A program made the position numbers and the translations under genes. Below are positions 20,166-30,544 of a DNA stretch of 64,000 bases, piece after piece; position 1 is the stretch's first letter; every line of letters starts with the position of its first letter. The DNA is from a virus: the IMG/VR virus record IMGVR_UViG_3300012949_000001; one strand, 5' to 3'. The notes beneath the pieces are model-generated. The model worked only from the letters and a program-made list of their open reading frames with translations. It did no database searches and had not been told where the DNA came from.

Positions 20166-21257
20166 TTATTTTTTATCAGTGTAGACAGTTCCTATTTTGA
20201 GCTTGCTGCTGACTATCTTTGTGCTTAGGTTTTGATAAGCAAACATTACATCAGCATTAACATTTAATGAATTTGGTGTATATAAGATTTTATCGTTGCA
20301 ATATTTCCTAATCTTCTCTCTCCATTCAGGAGAAACACGATAAGAAACATTACTGGAAAGAGGGCCTACTCTTTCTCCTTGTGTAGCTATTGCTATCATT
20401 TCTGTCTTGATGTCAACAGAATTTAACTGCAGCTTGATTTCATATATTGGAGCCATTGATCTATATGACATAGTTATAACACCATAAGGCCTATTTGTAG
20501 CTGCATCTATTTCTTCAGTATAAGTAAGGCTATTAATAGCAATATCACTATGTTTATCTGTAGTGCTTTCAGAAATTGTTTCTTTAGGCTTTGTGGTCGT
20601 ATTGTTAGATGGTATATTCGAAACCATATCTCTTGCAATGAAACTATATGTTTCATATACAGGCTCACCATTGATTCCTAATACCTGTGAACATCCTGTA
20701 AGCACTACTCCAGTTAATGTTAGCATTGTTGAAGAGTTAGCAAAATTGCTTTGCCTTGCGTCTCCATATGATAAGACTATTTCAAAAGTCTTATTCAATA
20801 TTGGCCCGTCAGGCTGCCCCATGTACAAAGTCTTGTTTTCTGTTTTTGCAGTGCTTTTATCAAACTCATCAATCGTATTTTCTGGATCCTTAATGATCAT
20901 CTTTTCTGAAGAAGTGATAGAATTAGATAGAGTGTTCAACACGTCGTATAGATAATTTGCCTTTGTGAAATTTATTGTGAAGCTTCCATTTATGATCCTG
21001 GAACCTCGTGCAACTTGGTCGTACACATAAGAATTGTATCCAAACAAAGGCAAAGTATTTTGTTGCATTTGAAACTGTATTTGTACTACTTCATCAATGT
21101 ATATTTCATCAAAATATATTTCTGCATCTGTACCGGAAAAATATCTTGTTTGTGAAATCCCGTTATCTATAATATTTGTAAAGAGGGTTTTGTTTCCTAG
21201 CCGTTGTTTTGTAGGAACAACGCCATATACTCTGTTATTTGGCCATTTATTACTCAT
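20166..21257 (-). CDS. Tail-tube-like baseplate/tube initiator protein
   Basis: YFSGTDAEIYF...RGSRIINGSFTINF...GEPVYETYSFIARD aligns by eye with the tube protein at 24119. Confidence 0.55.
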   Translation of the reverse strand: MSNKWPNNRVYGVVPTKQRLGNKTLFTNIIDNGISQTRYFSGTDAEIYFDEIYIDEVVQIQFQMQQNTLPLFGYNSYVYDQVARGSRIINGSFTINFTKANYLYDVLNTLSNSITSSEKMIIKDPENTIDEFDKSTAKTENKTLYMGQPDGPILNKTFEIVLSYGDARQSNFANSSTMLTLTGVVLTGCSQVLGINGEPVYETYSFIARDMVSNIPSNNTTTKPKETISESTTDKHSDIAINSLTYTEEIDAATNRPYGVITMSYRSMAPIYEIKLQLNSVDIKTEMIAIATQGERVGPLSSNVSYRVSPEWREKIRKYCNDKILYTPNSLNVNADVMFAYQNLSTKIVSSKLKIGTVYTDKK

Positions 21258-21260
21258 TGC

Positions 21261-24035
21261 TTACCCTCCTATCGAAACCTTATATGTCTTTATACTATCT
21301 GTTAATGTGTCAATGAATATCATTCCTGACTTAGTATATAAATCAGGCGATGTAGCAAAGATTACAACGTACCTGTACTCCTTATCGTATGTTACACTCT
21401 TTGCTTCTGACGCATTTACTTTAATTGCAGTATTTAATACATTATAATGATTTATCTTATAAACGCTGAGTATATAGCCATGTGCTTTTGCATCAAATGA
21501 TATTGTATTGTTATCGACTGTAATATTTCTGAAGAATGTAGTATCAACATGATATAAGATATCTATTTGGCTCTCATAGATAGCCTTAATCACTTTGTCT
21601 ACATTGGCTATCTTTGGAATATATGATAACATATTTAATGTTAATTTATCAAATACATTTTTGTATGTAACAGTTTCGTCTATTTCAAGATTCTCAATTG
21701 CAGATGATATATCATTTGTAATATTAATCTTGTTACCAAGTGTTTGCTTAACCTGATTAATAATCTTTTTAACTCTATAGAGAGTAATTCTTTCTTCTTC
21801 ACCAAGAAGCTCTGCCGTTGCTGCTGAATATACAGGAACAGTAATACAAGGAGATACTTGTTTTCCTTCAGCATTTTCTATCCAGATAGCATATATCTTA
21901 TCAGCTTTTATGCCGCCATATGCAGGTGTAAACTCAACTGTATCTGATGTTATTAGCTTCTTGTATCTTACTTTATCATACATTGCCTCATTAACATCAG
22001 AAATAACTGCATAAAACTCTGAATTAAATAAACCAATTGATTTATTGTTTGATACATCTACTGTTATTCTCGATACATTACTTTCAATAACAGTAGGAGC
22101 AGGGAAGATATTTATCTCCATTTCTTTTGCTTTCTCTACAAGAAGACGATTATAATTATCTTCGTTTATATTGAGCTTCTGTAGCTCTTTACCTATAGCT
22201 CTTTCTGCTTCAAGAAGCAAAGTATTAACAGCTCTTGTTTCTGCATTATAATCGCCTATTGCCTTTGTTCTTTCTTTATCTGTTAATACATAGAATTGTA
22301 ATCCAGGAGATCTTTCTCCTCTTGGCCCAAATGCATATACAGTATAATAATATCCTTGTTTGCCTAAGAATCTGAATGCCTTCTTGCCGTTACCGTAATC
22401 ATAGAAGGATATTTTATCTACATCCGCAGCAAATTGAGTTATCTTGCCAACATGTCTGTAGAACTCAAGCTTCTTAACATTTTCATCAAGAAGGAATATA
22501 CAATTAACTGCATCGGCCATTTCAGGAACAGGAGGCCTTATTGGCATATACTGATTAAGAGCATAATAACCATCATTATGAATCATATTATTCATCATTA
22601 TGAGATGATAGCAGATATTATATTTCTTATAGAGCTCTGCATATACTATTTCATATTCACCGTAACTAGGGAAGTTGCTTGGATTCAAAGATAAAATTGC
22701 CTTAAGAATCCTTTCTCTGTATTCAAGAATAGCTTGGGCCGCAGATAATCCTTCTTCAAATCCAACATCTTTTATCTCATTTATAACGTTAATATAATCT
22801 GCCAATGTTCCTTCTTTTAATGAAGCCTGATTGCACAGAACGAGCTCTATTAATGCATTATATGGTTCATAATTAAATTCCTTCGTTGTAGCATATACTC
22901 GTACAGATTCTGTTGTTTGCCCTGCAGTATAAATTATGTAAGTCGTTTCAGGATCCAACTCCTTCAATCTTGCACGTCTTGCTGATATATTTGCATAACT
23001 CCATTCAAGAACACCAGAACCATCTATCTTGGCATATAGAACAACATTATGATCTTTATTATTAGAATACACCACTATTTCTCTGTCAGTGCAGTATTCT
23101 ATAATAGGAGCTGCTTGAAGTAGTTCATTATTAACGCTTAATGCTCCAACAGAAAAATTAGTTTCATGCGAATATATCTTATCTGTCTCGCCTTCAAACT
23201 TAGCAGTATAATTACCGGCATCAAGTTCAATATATATATCAGCGTTTTTGTAATCACTGACATCTATATTGATATTTGCTGATAAGGATTCTCCTCTTAT
23301 AATTAATGTTCCGGCCTGCTGCCAGGGAACCAATTGTATTTTAACTACACCCTTTTTATTTTCGGATGCAGCACTTACATTAGTAATTCTAAGACTAATG
23401 ATTATATCCTTCTCATCATCATCTTTCTGATTTTTTATTTTTTCAGAAATCTCCTTGCCTATTGTTTCTGTATTGCTTATAGGAGAAGAACTTTCTATCT
23501 TAGGTTTATCTTGAATTATCTGATAGCTTGAGTATCCATTTTCATCTGTTAAATATTCAATATCAGTAGCAACAAACTGATACGTGTTTTCTGTATATAT
23601 ATCATTTACAGACATTACTTGGCCTTCATTAACGAGTCTTATGCCGTATATAACCATTTTAGCTTTGGCACCATATTCGTTTGCAAATGATACAGTAACA
23701 TCAAATGGAGGCAGCTCATCTGCTAAGAAGGCATGGTTAGTTTTAAGACCGTATGATTTCTTTATGTTTTTCATTATCTCATATGCAAAATGCTTATTAA
23801 AGACAGCAAAAATCAAAGACCCAGCTATAGTTCTCGGCCCTAACACATAGTCCTTTGCATTTACATCACCAATAGCACGGATAGGAGCTCTTTGCATATG
23901 GATTGAATATGATAATGTCTGTAAGGAACCTAATGTATAAGTCTCTTTAATTCCATTGATAGTCATCTGGACTGTTGCAACCATGTCAACACCAGAAAAA
24001 CTTTTATTCTGCGTTATAATATCATAAGTGTTCAT
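21261..24035 (-). CDS. Tube-like N-terminal domain fused to long C-terminal extension (FN3-like segment)
   Basis: SFSGVDMVAT...LQTLSYS...GPRTIAGSLIFAVF...ELPPFDVTVSFANEYG closely resembles the tube protein; LDPETTYIIY is FN3-like. Confidence 0.6.
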   Translation of the reverse strand: MNTYDIITQNKSFSGVDMVATVQMTINGIKETYTLGSLQTLSYSIHMQRAPIRAIGDVNAKDYVLGPRTIAGSLIFAVFNKHFAYEIMKNIKKSYGLKTNHAFLADELPPFDVTVSFANEYGAKAKMVIYGIRLVNEGQVMSVNDIYTENTYQFVATDIEYLTDENGYSSYQIIQDKPKIESSSPISNTETIGKEISEKIKNQKDDDEKDIIISLRITNVSAASENKKGVVKIQLVPWQQAGTLIIRGESLSANINIDVSDYKNADIYIELDAGNYTAKFEGETDKIYSHETNFSVGALSVNNELLQAAPIIEYCTDREIVVYSNNKDHNVVLYAKIDGSGVLEWSYANISARRARLKELDPETTYIIYTAGQTTESVRVYATTKEFNYEPYNALIELVLCNQASLKEGTLADYINVINEIKDVGFEEGLSAAQAILEYRERILKAILSLNPSNFPSYGEYEIVYAELYKKYNICYHLIMMNNMIHNDGYYALNQYMPIRPPVPEMADAVNCIFLLDENVKKLEFYRHVGKITQFAADVDKISFYDYGNGKKAFRFLGKQGYYYTVYAFGPRGERSPGLQFYVLTDKERTKAIGDYNAETRAVNTLLLEAERAIGKELQKLNINEDNYNRLLVEKAKEMEINIFPAPTVIESNVSRITVDVSNNKSIGLFNSEFYAVISDVNEAMYDKVRYKKLITSDTVEFTPAYGGIKADKIYAIWIENAEGKQVSPCITVPVYSAATAELLGEEERITLYRVKKIINQVKQTLGNKINITNDISSAIENLEIDETVTYKNVFDKLTLNMLSYIPKIANVDKVIKAIYESQIDILYHVDTTFFRNITVDNNTISFDAKAHGYILSVYKINHYNVLNTAIKVNASEAKSVTYDKEYRYVVIFATSPDLYTKSGMIFIDTLTDSIKTYKVSIGG

Positions 24036-24056
24036 TTTCTGTCCTCCCTATAACAA

Positions 24057-24092
24057 AAATGAGAGAAAAACCAAATTGCTTTTCTCTCATTT
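24057..24092. terminator. Terminator-like hairpin after tube gene
   Basis: 13-bp stem AAATGAGAGAAAA/TTTTCTCTCATTT. Confidence 0.55.
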
Positions 24093-24118
24093 ATTACCTT
24101 ATTTATTTTACTTTTTAC

Positions 24119-24787
24119 TTAGAAGGTTGATGAGAATCCAACTGTATTTGCATCATCAAGAGCCTTCATAGGATCGATTCTCCTTGCAACGAAGGTATAA
24201 GCCTTTTCAGTTGTTACAGAATCGATTGAGTAGCCGGATCCCTCGTTGAGCAATTCAACGCCGTAGATTACGAGAACTGCTTTCTGGCCATATTCGTTAG
24301 CAAAGGTGATTGTGATGTCGAACGGAAGAATTTCGTCTGCATACTTAGGGCTAGCCTGTCTTAACAGATTTGATACTGTTCCGGTACCTGTGCCACCGCC
24401 ACCACCAGCTGCCAGGTTACTCATCTGAGCATCCCAGTCCTCAATTGATACATAGCCGGAGCCACCAACGTAGTCGGGATCATTCATAGCAAACTTCTGG
24501 ATCTTTCCTCTTTCACTCTCATTCTGAGTCTTGAACTCTTCGATGAGAGCATCTCTATTGAACACTGTGAATACCAATGTTCCCGCAATACCTCTCTTAC
24601 CTCTTGAGAAAGATCTTGGCTCTGCAGAACCCATAGTGTATACTGGTGCCTTTTCACGACTTACACTGTATGTAATGGCTTGCAGCTCTCCGATTACTTT
24701 ACCGTTAAAGGTAGCAACGATATCGCATCCAGCAAATGAGGTATAGGTTTTAGTGTAATCTTCAATCAATGCCATGATCGTATTCAC
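24119..24787 (-). CDS. Major tail tube protein
   Basis: 222 aa directly after the sheath; SFAGCDIVATF...FSRGKRGIAGTLVFTVF...ILPFDITITFANEYG. Confidence 0.75.
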   Translation of the reverse strand: MNTIMALIEDYTKTYTSFAGCDIVATFNGKVIGELQAITYSVSREKAPVYTMGSAEPRSFSRGKRGIAGTLVFTVFNRDALIEEFKTQNESERGKIQKFAMNDPDYVGGSGYVSIEDWDAQMSNLAAGGGGGTGTGTVSNLLRQASPKYADEILPFDITITFANEYGQKAVLVIYGVELLNEGSGYSIDSVTTEKAYTFVARRIDPMKALDDANTVGFSSTF

Positions 24788-24814
24788 TCCTTATTTTTGA
24801 TGATTATTAGTAAG

Positions 24815-24842
24815 TTTAGGGGAGATGTGAGTCTCCCCTAAA
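24815..24842. promoter_or_regulatory. Intergenic hairpin between sheath and tube genes
   Basis: 11-bp stem TTTAGGGGAGA/TCTCCCCTAAA. Confidence 0.5.
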
Positions 24843-24844
24843 CA

Positions 24845-27760
24845 TTAAGCAGACTCCTTAACAGTAATCCTGTTGCGAACTTCTCTTATTTCGTAAATCG
24901 GTATAATTGTGTAGTCGATGTCAACTATACCAAGCTTTGTATTTGCAGGGTCTACGGTTATCTTGAAGTCGAACTCTTCAATCAATCTGCCCTTCAGAGT
25001 ATCCAGAGCTGACTTAATAGCTGTCTGCATTGAGTTTCTGTTGGTCAGATGATTCTGCTTACCAATGAACGGCTCAGTTGCAGAACGGATAAGCTCTTCG
25101 ATTGCATTGGTGATCCTTGCAACATTAAGTCTTCTGAATACTGATGTGCTAGGAGCCATTGTAATACCGTCTGTTACTACATAACCCTTGGTGTAGCTCT
25201 GCTTGAATGTTACAAAGCCTTTCTGGTTAAGCTTCTCAAGCTGATAATTTGTGAGGTCATATTGAGGAGTCGGTATATCAATTGCCTGACTGGTAGATGA
25301 CTGATCAAGAGGCAGCACTGAAACCATACCAGCATAACCGGAAGCACCATTTGAAATGTAGCTATAACCGTTATCCATGTTGATTATATACTGGCCTACT
25401 ACAACAGAGATGTTTCTTCCTATCGGATAAGGAAGGTTATTTCTGTCGAGCATGTCTCTACCATTTGCCTTCTTAGCGTACAGGTTGAGGTCGAGACCGC
25501 TAAGAGCTTCAACCTTATTAGCTACGCTGGTGAGATTTACATCCATCAGCTTAGAGCAGCCAATGATACCATGAGTAGGAGCAGTCTTCAATGATGTGTA
25601 GGTACAATGCTGAGCAAGATGTCTTGCAAAGTTATCAGTTGTCTTATATGGAATATACAGGTTAAGGTCATATGTGAAGTCCTTTTCCTTATCATTTATA
25701 ACAGGACCGAAGCCTGAAGAGATAGCAGGATCAAGCTCAAGAACGTATTCGTCCTTATCTGCTGCGTGATCGTTGTTTATAGAGAACTCGAAATACTTCT
25801 TCAGGTTAGAATCAGAATTCAGAACCTCTATAAACTCCTCCAGGGTTGTGTAGTCAAGAGCTGATGACTTAACTACTACATCGTTTACAACGCCGTATTC
25901 TGACTGAACTGTTACCAGTGTCTTATCGTCATTGTCATTGAATATTTCATCAAGTCCGCCAACCGGATCGAAGGTTACAGGATCTTCTCCGTCCAGACCA
26001 GGAATTATTTCGTAAACTGCTACAGAATCACCGCTCTGGATCAGAACGTATTTGTCTGTGCCGAACTCTGCCTGAAGCACTTCAGTGTATGTAAGAGCGT
26101 TACCTGCACCGACACCAACCTTGTAAGCATGCTCTCCTATTAAGAAGATCTCTCCTACAAGATCAGCATGAATTGTTGCATCTTGAATAGCAACCATTTC
26201 GCTGCCTTCTGCTCTGTACAGTGTAAATGCACCAGCAGTACCAACCATGAACAGAGTTCCTTCAGGATACTTTCTGAAAGCTGACATAGAATCTGCAGAA
26301 TTCTCTCTGAGGGCGTCAAGAGTTTCAACGTTAGCAACTCTCTTGATTACCTTATTGGTGTACAGCTTGCTCTGGATGATAGAAGCGTCACCATAAGAGC
26401 CATCTACAGAAACCAGCTTAAATCTATACTGCTTCAAAGCGTACAGATCTGAACGGGTAATCTTTGACTTAGCTGTGATATAGCCACCAAAGATATTGGA
26501 TGTTGCAGGCACTGCAATCTTAAAGTCATCCTTCTTCGGAATCTTGCCAGTAATCTTTACATCAGCAACACCGTTAGCAAGAACTCTGTAGTCTGACTTA
26601 TGATTCTCAAGCATTGAATAAATACCGTCGGTGATAGGCTGAATTCTGTTTTCATCAGAAACAGGGGTTTCCTTAATCTTAATGTCAGGACCTTCACCCT
26701 TAAGCTCAGCCTTTGCAGTGATAGCGAAACCGGAACCAAGTTTCTTGTACAGCTCCATATCGGAAAGCTCTACTTCTTCATAGTCGATAGCATCCTTACC
26801 GAATACGAGATCAACCTTGCCAGGAACTGCGAGGAAGTCCCACATCTCGTTCATCTGCACGAACCTGAACTTAGTGTTCAGAGTGCTCATATCACCATAG
26901 ATAGGAAGATCCTGATTTATATCGGTGTTCAGAACCAGCTTCTTATAAACCCTATCTTCAAATGTATCATAAGGCTTATTAGAACCGTCTGTACCAACGA
27001 ACTCATAGGTAACGTTTGTAGTTGCGATACCCTTATTGACGTTTCTACCTATGAAGTATGCACCAGGGAACATAGCTCCTAATGAAAGGGCCTGTGCTTC
27101 TTTAGAGGAGATTGTTACGTCGTTGCCGTTTTCGTCAACGATTGACAGCTTAATAACGTTGTTATAGCTGTGCTCATTTACGATCTTGATTAAATCGTAA
27201 AGTCTGCTGTCCTTTGTCAGGCCATAGCTGTTTGTTAAATCGAGAGTTGTAACCAGGATTGCTTCGTCATTCTCTACAAGACCGAGCATCTTCTCTTCGA
27301 TAGTTGCTCTCTTTGCAGGCTTGTAGAAATACAGCTTTGAATTGCCAACGGTATCATCGTACACCATGTATACGTTCTTGTTATCGTTGGACGGGAACAT
27401 GCCGGACACTCTCAGCTTCAGATTTGTTTCAGGAGCCAATCTGAAGTCCTTTGCGATATCTTTACCGGATACGCGAACTGCATATATTGTGCGGCAGCCT
27501 CTATCCCAAGCATCCTGAATTTCTGCAACAAGTGTAGCCTCTCTTCTTGTAGTGCTGTCATAAGTTTCTCCGAAGATATACCTTGCATGTTCTGGGCTAT
27601 AAATTGCTACAGGTTTTCCAACAGGTCCGTTAAACGCTGTACCGATTATAGTCACGGAATCAGTTGTTCCGAACTGGCTGGTATCATAACCATAACTATA
27701 ATCTGACATGATTTCGGTTATTGTACCTGGCAGAATTAATTCATTATCAAATACTCCCAT
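24845..27760 (-). CDS. Contractile tail sheath protein, 971 aa
   Basis: N-terminal LPGTITE...IIGTAFNGPVGKPV; C-terminal RRLNVARI...EPFIGKQN...IDYTIIPIYEIREV, typical of sheath proteins. Confidence 0.85.
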   Translation of the reverse strand: MGVFDNELILPGTITEIMSDYSYGYDTSQFGTTDSVTIIGTAFNGPVGKPVAIYSPEHARYIFGETYDSTTRREATLVAEIQDAWDRGCRTIYAVRVSGKDIAKDFRLAPETNLKLRVSGMFPSNDNKNVYMVYDDTVGNSKLYFYKPAKRATIEEKMLGLVENDEAILVTTLDLTNSYGLTKDSRLYDLIKIVNEHSYNNVIKLSIVDENGNDVTISSKEAQALSLGAMFPGAYFIGRNVNKGIATTNVTYEFVGTDGSNKPYDTFEDRVYKKLVLNTDINQDLPIYGDMSTLNTKFRFVQMNEMWDFLAVPGKVDLVFGKDAIDYEEVELSDMELYKKLGSGFAITAKAELKGEGPDIKIKETPVSDENRIQPITDGIYSMLENHKSDYRVLANGVADVKITGKIPKKDDFKIAVPATSNIFGGYITAKSKITRSDLYALKQYRFKLVSVDGSYGDASIIQSKLYTNKVIKRVANVETLDALRENSADSMSAFRKYPEGTLFMVGTAGAFTLYRAEGSEMVAIQDATIHADLVGEIFLIGEHAYKVGVGAGNALTYTEVLQAEFGTDKYVLIQSGDSVAVYEIIPGLDGEDPVTFDPVGGLDEIFNDNDDKTLVTVQSEYGVVNDVVVKSSALDYTTLEEFIEVLNSDSNLKKYFEFSINNDHAADKDEYVLELDPAISSGFGPVINDKEKDFTYDLNLYIPYKTTDNFARHLAQHCTYTSLKTAPTHGIIGCSKLMDVNLTSVANKVEALSGLDLNLYAKKANGRDMLDRNNLPYPIGRNISVVVGQYIINMDNGYSYISNGASGYAGMVSVLPLDQSSTSQAIDIPTPQYDLTNYQLEKLNQKGFVTFKQSYTKGYVVTDGITMAPSTSVFRRLNVARITNAIEELIRSATEPFIGKQNHLTNRNSMQTAIKSALDTLKGRLIEEFDFKITVDPANTKLGIVDIDYTIIPIYEIREVRNRITVKESA

Positions 27761-27777
27761 GTGAAAATTCCTCCTTC

Positions 27778-28428
27778 TTATTCAAGAACATATGTCTCAA
27801 TTTCTTTGATTTTTTCTTGGAAGAGCACTGTAAGTTTTTCAACCTCTACATAATATCTGAGGTTTCTGACTGAAACTGTTTGACGGAACATGTCATAATT
27901 TTCATCTGTTAATTGTTTCTGAAAGACTATTTCAGCTACGCCATTTTTCTTTAGATAACCTGTATATGTAAAAATCATCTCCTCGAACTTTTCCATTACC
28001 TGTTCTGCAATGTCATATACACTTGCAAATATATTAAATTGTATAATACATTGAAATTTTTGTCCGTAAATTTCACCGATTCTTGCATCTTCCAAAACAT
28101 CAGTTCGTTCTCTGATTGTCTGTCTCTGTCTCGGCTTTATTTCTCCTTTTGGTTCTCGTGTTATTACTTTGTATGTGATAATTGGATGTTCCAATTGCAA
28201 TTCTGGACTTGTTGCAAAATGTCTATTTTCATCAGGAATAAACTCGACTTTCAGATCCTTCAATACAAGCGATGTTAATTTTCGAACCATCTTGATAAAG
28301 TCAAACAGCGAAGCACTTTTTTCTGCCGTTTGAATTCCTGGATTGTCATACGAAGTAATTGCTGTTTTGACTGTATATGTTCTTTGTTCTCGTTTTTGTA
28401 ACAGTTCTTCTAAGCTTTCCCCTGCCAT
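27778..28428 (-). CDS. Putative tail completion/terminator protein
   Basis: 216 aa; position before the sheath; function inferred from synteny. Confidence 0.45.
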   Translation of the reverse strand: MAGESLEELLQKREQRTYTVKTAITSYDNPGIQTAEKSASLFDFIKMVRKLTSLVLKDLKVEFIPDENRHFATSPELQLEHPIITYKVITREPKGEIKPRQRQTIRERTDVLEDARIGEIYGQKFQCIIQFNIFASVYDIAEQVMEKFEEMIFTYTGYLKKNGVAEIVFQKQLTDENYDMFRQTVSVRNLRYYVEVEKLTVLFQEKIKEIETYVLE

Positions 28429-28431
28429 ACC

Positions 28432-29472
28432 TTACACCTCTATTGTTATATCGAATTCTTCAATTGAATTAATAGGAAGGATACTGAATGTATTTAATAT
28501 AGAGCCAGCTCCTGGAGATGTGACTACAAACTCGACTGATTTGATTTCGTAATCAAGGATTGCTACTCCAACGATAGATTTCAGAAATTCATTTAGCTTG
28601 TTATATATTTTCAGTTTTATATAATCAGTGAATATTTTGCCTCTGAATTCCGAAAAATCCAGCTCACGCTCTATAAATTTTATTACCCTGTCGATATTGA
28701 TTAATTTAGCCTGATCGCTTTCTGTTCGAAAATTTTTTAAATTCTCAACAGTTGTATCTGTTAATACATTATTCTTGAAATATACCAACTCAAGATTTTC
28801 AACATCAAAGTCATCTATGTCAAATATGGCCGGACCAAAATCTGCTTCTGGATACTTTGAATATTCTGCAGTACACAAAGCACAAGCAAGAACAAGATTT
28901 GCATATTCATAATTCTGAAGGTTATTGGCCACCATACATAGATTTCTTCCATTCAGCAATGCTTTCTGGGCAACATGTTTAAATCTATCTATTTTTTCTG
29001 ACATGTCGCCAAGAAAAGCGTCAATATTTTCATATAATGAAGCATGATTATCTGTCATTAATATTAATGCATTATTTATGTTACCGATGTTCTCAAGATA
29101 AAACTCTGCATATGTCATTAATCTGTTTAATACAGGATTAAAGAATGAGTCAGAGAATTTTATACCGAGAGGAACGATGTATGTAAAATCATATTGCTTT
29201 ATAACATCTATAAGCTCAATATAATCTGTTTGCGTTTGAATGTTTGCCAGGAAGATATCAGGGACACCCATAGATTTTGCCAGAACAAAAGCATCTGTTA
29301 ATTGAGAAGCTCCATATAAGCTTTTAACAGCACTTTCTGAGCTCTGGTAAGAAATCTGGTTCAGCTTATAATCTGTGGCAGCCTTTCCTATGATTAAGAT
29401 GTTCTTGTGACGATTAACGTTTGTATATAAAGAATTACTTGCATTATGAGTTAATGTAATCACCAATATCAC
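28432..29472 (-). CDS. Short sheath-like paralogue
   Basis: ILIIGKA...AVKSLYG resembles the sheath N-terminus; INIDRVIKFIE...EFRGK...ILDYEI...ILPINSIEEF resembles its C-terminus. Confidence 0.5.
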   Translation of the reverse strand: MILVITLTHNASNSLYTNVNRHKNILIIGKAATDYKLNQISYQSSESAVKSLYGASQLTDAFVLAKSMGVPDIFLANIQTQTDYIELIDVIKQYDFTYIVPLGIKFSDSFFNPVLNRLMTYAEFYLENIGNINNALILMTDNHASLYENIDAFLGDMSEKIDRFKHVAQKALLNGRNLCMVANNLQNYEYANLVLACALCTAEYSKYPEADFGPAIFDIDDFDVENLELVYFKNNVLTDTTVENLKNFRTESDQAKLINIDRVIKFIERELDFSEFRGKIFTDYIKLKIYNKLNEFLKSIVGVAILDYEIKSVEFVVTSPGAGSILNTFSILPINSIEEFDITIEV

Positions 29473-29930
29473 CTGCCAACGATCTCATTGAAATTCTTCA
29501 AAAAGATACTTTTATCACTTTTCTTGGGGACAGTGGCATATTTTCTATACACCTGATTTCCATGAAAACTTGTTTTGTCATTCAATTGGTATACAGACCA
29601 AACACTATCCCCATCAACAATAATATCATCAAGACCAAGCTCTACTTCACTGCTTTTAATATAATAGTTTCTTGCAGTGATGAATCCAGAAGTCGGCCTA
29701 ACTGTTTCAGGGACATTGGAATCCTGTGAAGCCCCTTCAACCTCTTTTATCTTTATTTTATATCCTGTTCCAAGACATTTCTTACATTTAGGATCAGCCT
29801 GATTTGTACCATGGTTGAGACAGGTACATTTTACATCTTCATTCTTTATTACAACGAAGAACTTATATGAAAACCTTTCGATTATTCTTAGGACGCTTCT
29901 GTCAAAGCTATTCATTACATACCACTCCAA
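29469..29930 (-). CDS. Putative neck/head-closure protein with Zn-finger
   Basis: CTC...CKKCLGTG motif; neck-region position. Confidence 0.5.
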   Translation of the reverse strand: MEWYVMNSFDRSVLRIIERFSYKFFVVIKNEDVKCTCLNHGTNQADPKCKKCLGTGYKIKIKEVEGASQDSNVPETVRPTSGFITARNYYIKSSEVELGLDDIIVDGDSVWSVYQLNDKTSFHGNQVYRKYATVPKKSDKSIFLKNFNEIVGR

Positions 29931-30544
29931 TCTGTACGTCTAGGAGGATATTCGTTTGTAGGTCTTGTATTGACAATATAGCTGCCTTTAACTGCAGACA
30001 GTGGCTTAGCTCTTCCTTCAAATTTATATCCTCTCAGTCTGTCCATCCATGTGTTTGATTCTGCTCTTAATGTTTTGAGCAATTCAGAAATGTCTTCATG
30101 CTTAGTCGCATTATCAAAATGAACATCTCCAAGTTGACCTTTTTCACCACTTAATGATGCCTTATCGATCTGGAATCTAAGAATGCATTCATAAGCTGCT
30201 TTATATTTAACGAATTGTTCTACCTCAAATGGAACTTCTTTATATGATTGGCCAGTAACATATTCAACAAATCTCGAAGCTTCTCTTATATGATAAAGAA
30301 TAGTATCATCCGGAATATTGCAGCTCTCTATAAGAGAATTAACAGCTTGAATATTGGCATATGCAGGAGTGATTGCTGTACAAACCTTAATATTTGCAGA
30401 TTCAAGAAACTTCTTACCACTCAGCTGCTTAAGGTTTTTCAGTTTAATTTCATATACGGAATTATCCTTGACTCCGCCTTTTGGAGTAATCTCTATGAAG
30501 TTGTCAAAAACTTTGAAGGTAAAATCAACTTTTTCAACAGCCAT
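29915..30544 (-). CDS. Putative head-tail adaptor
   Basis: Short Ig-like N-terminus followed by a helical adaptor-like part; synteny. Confidence 0.45.
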   Translation of the reverse strand: MAVEKVDFTFKVFDNFIEITPKGGVKDNSVYEIKLKNLKQLSGKKFLESANIKVCTAITPAYANIQAVNSLIESCNIPDDTILYHIREASRFVEYVTGQSYKEVPFEVEQFVKYKAAYECILRFQIDKASLSGEKGQLGDVHFDNATKHEDISELLKTLRAESNTWMDRLRGYKFEGRAKPLSAVKGSYIVNTRPTNEYPPRRTDWSGM

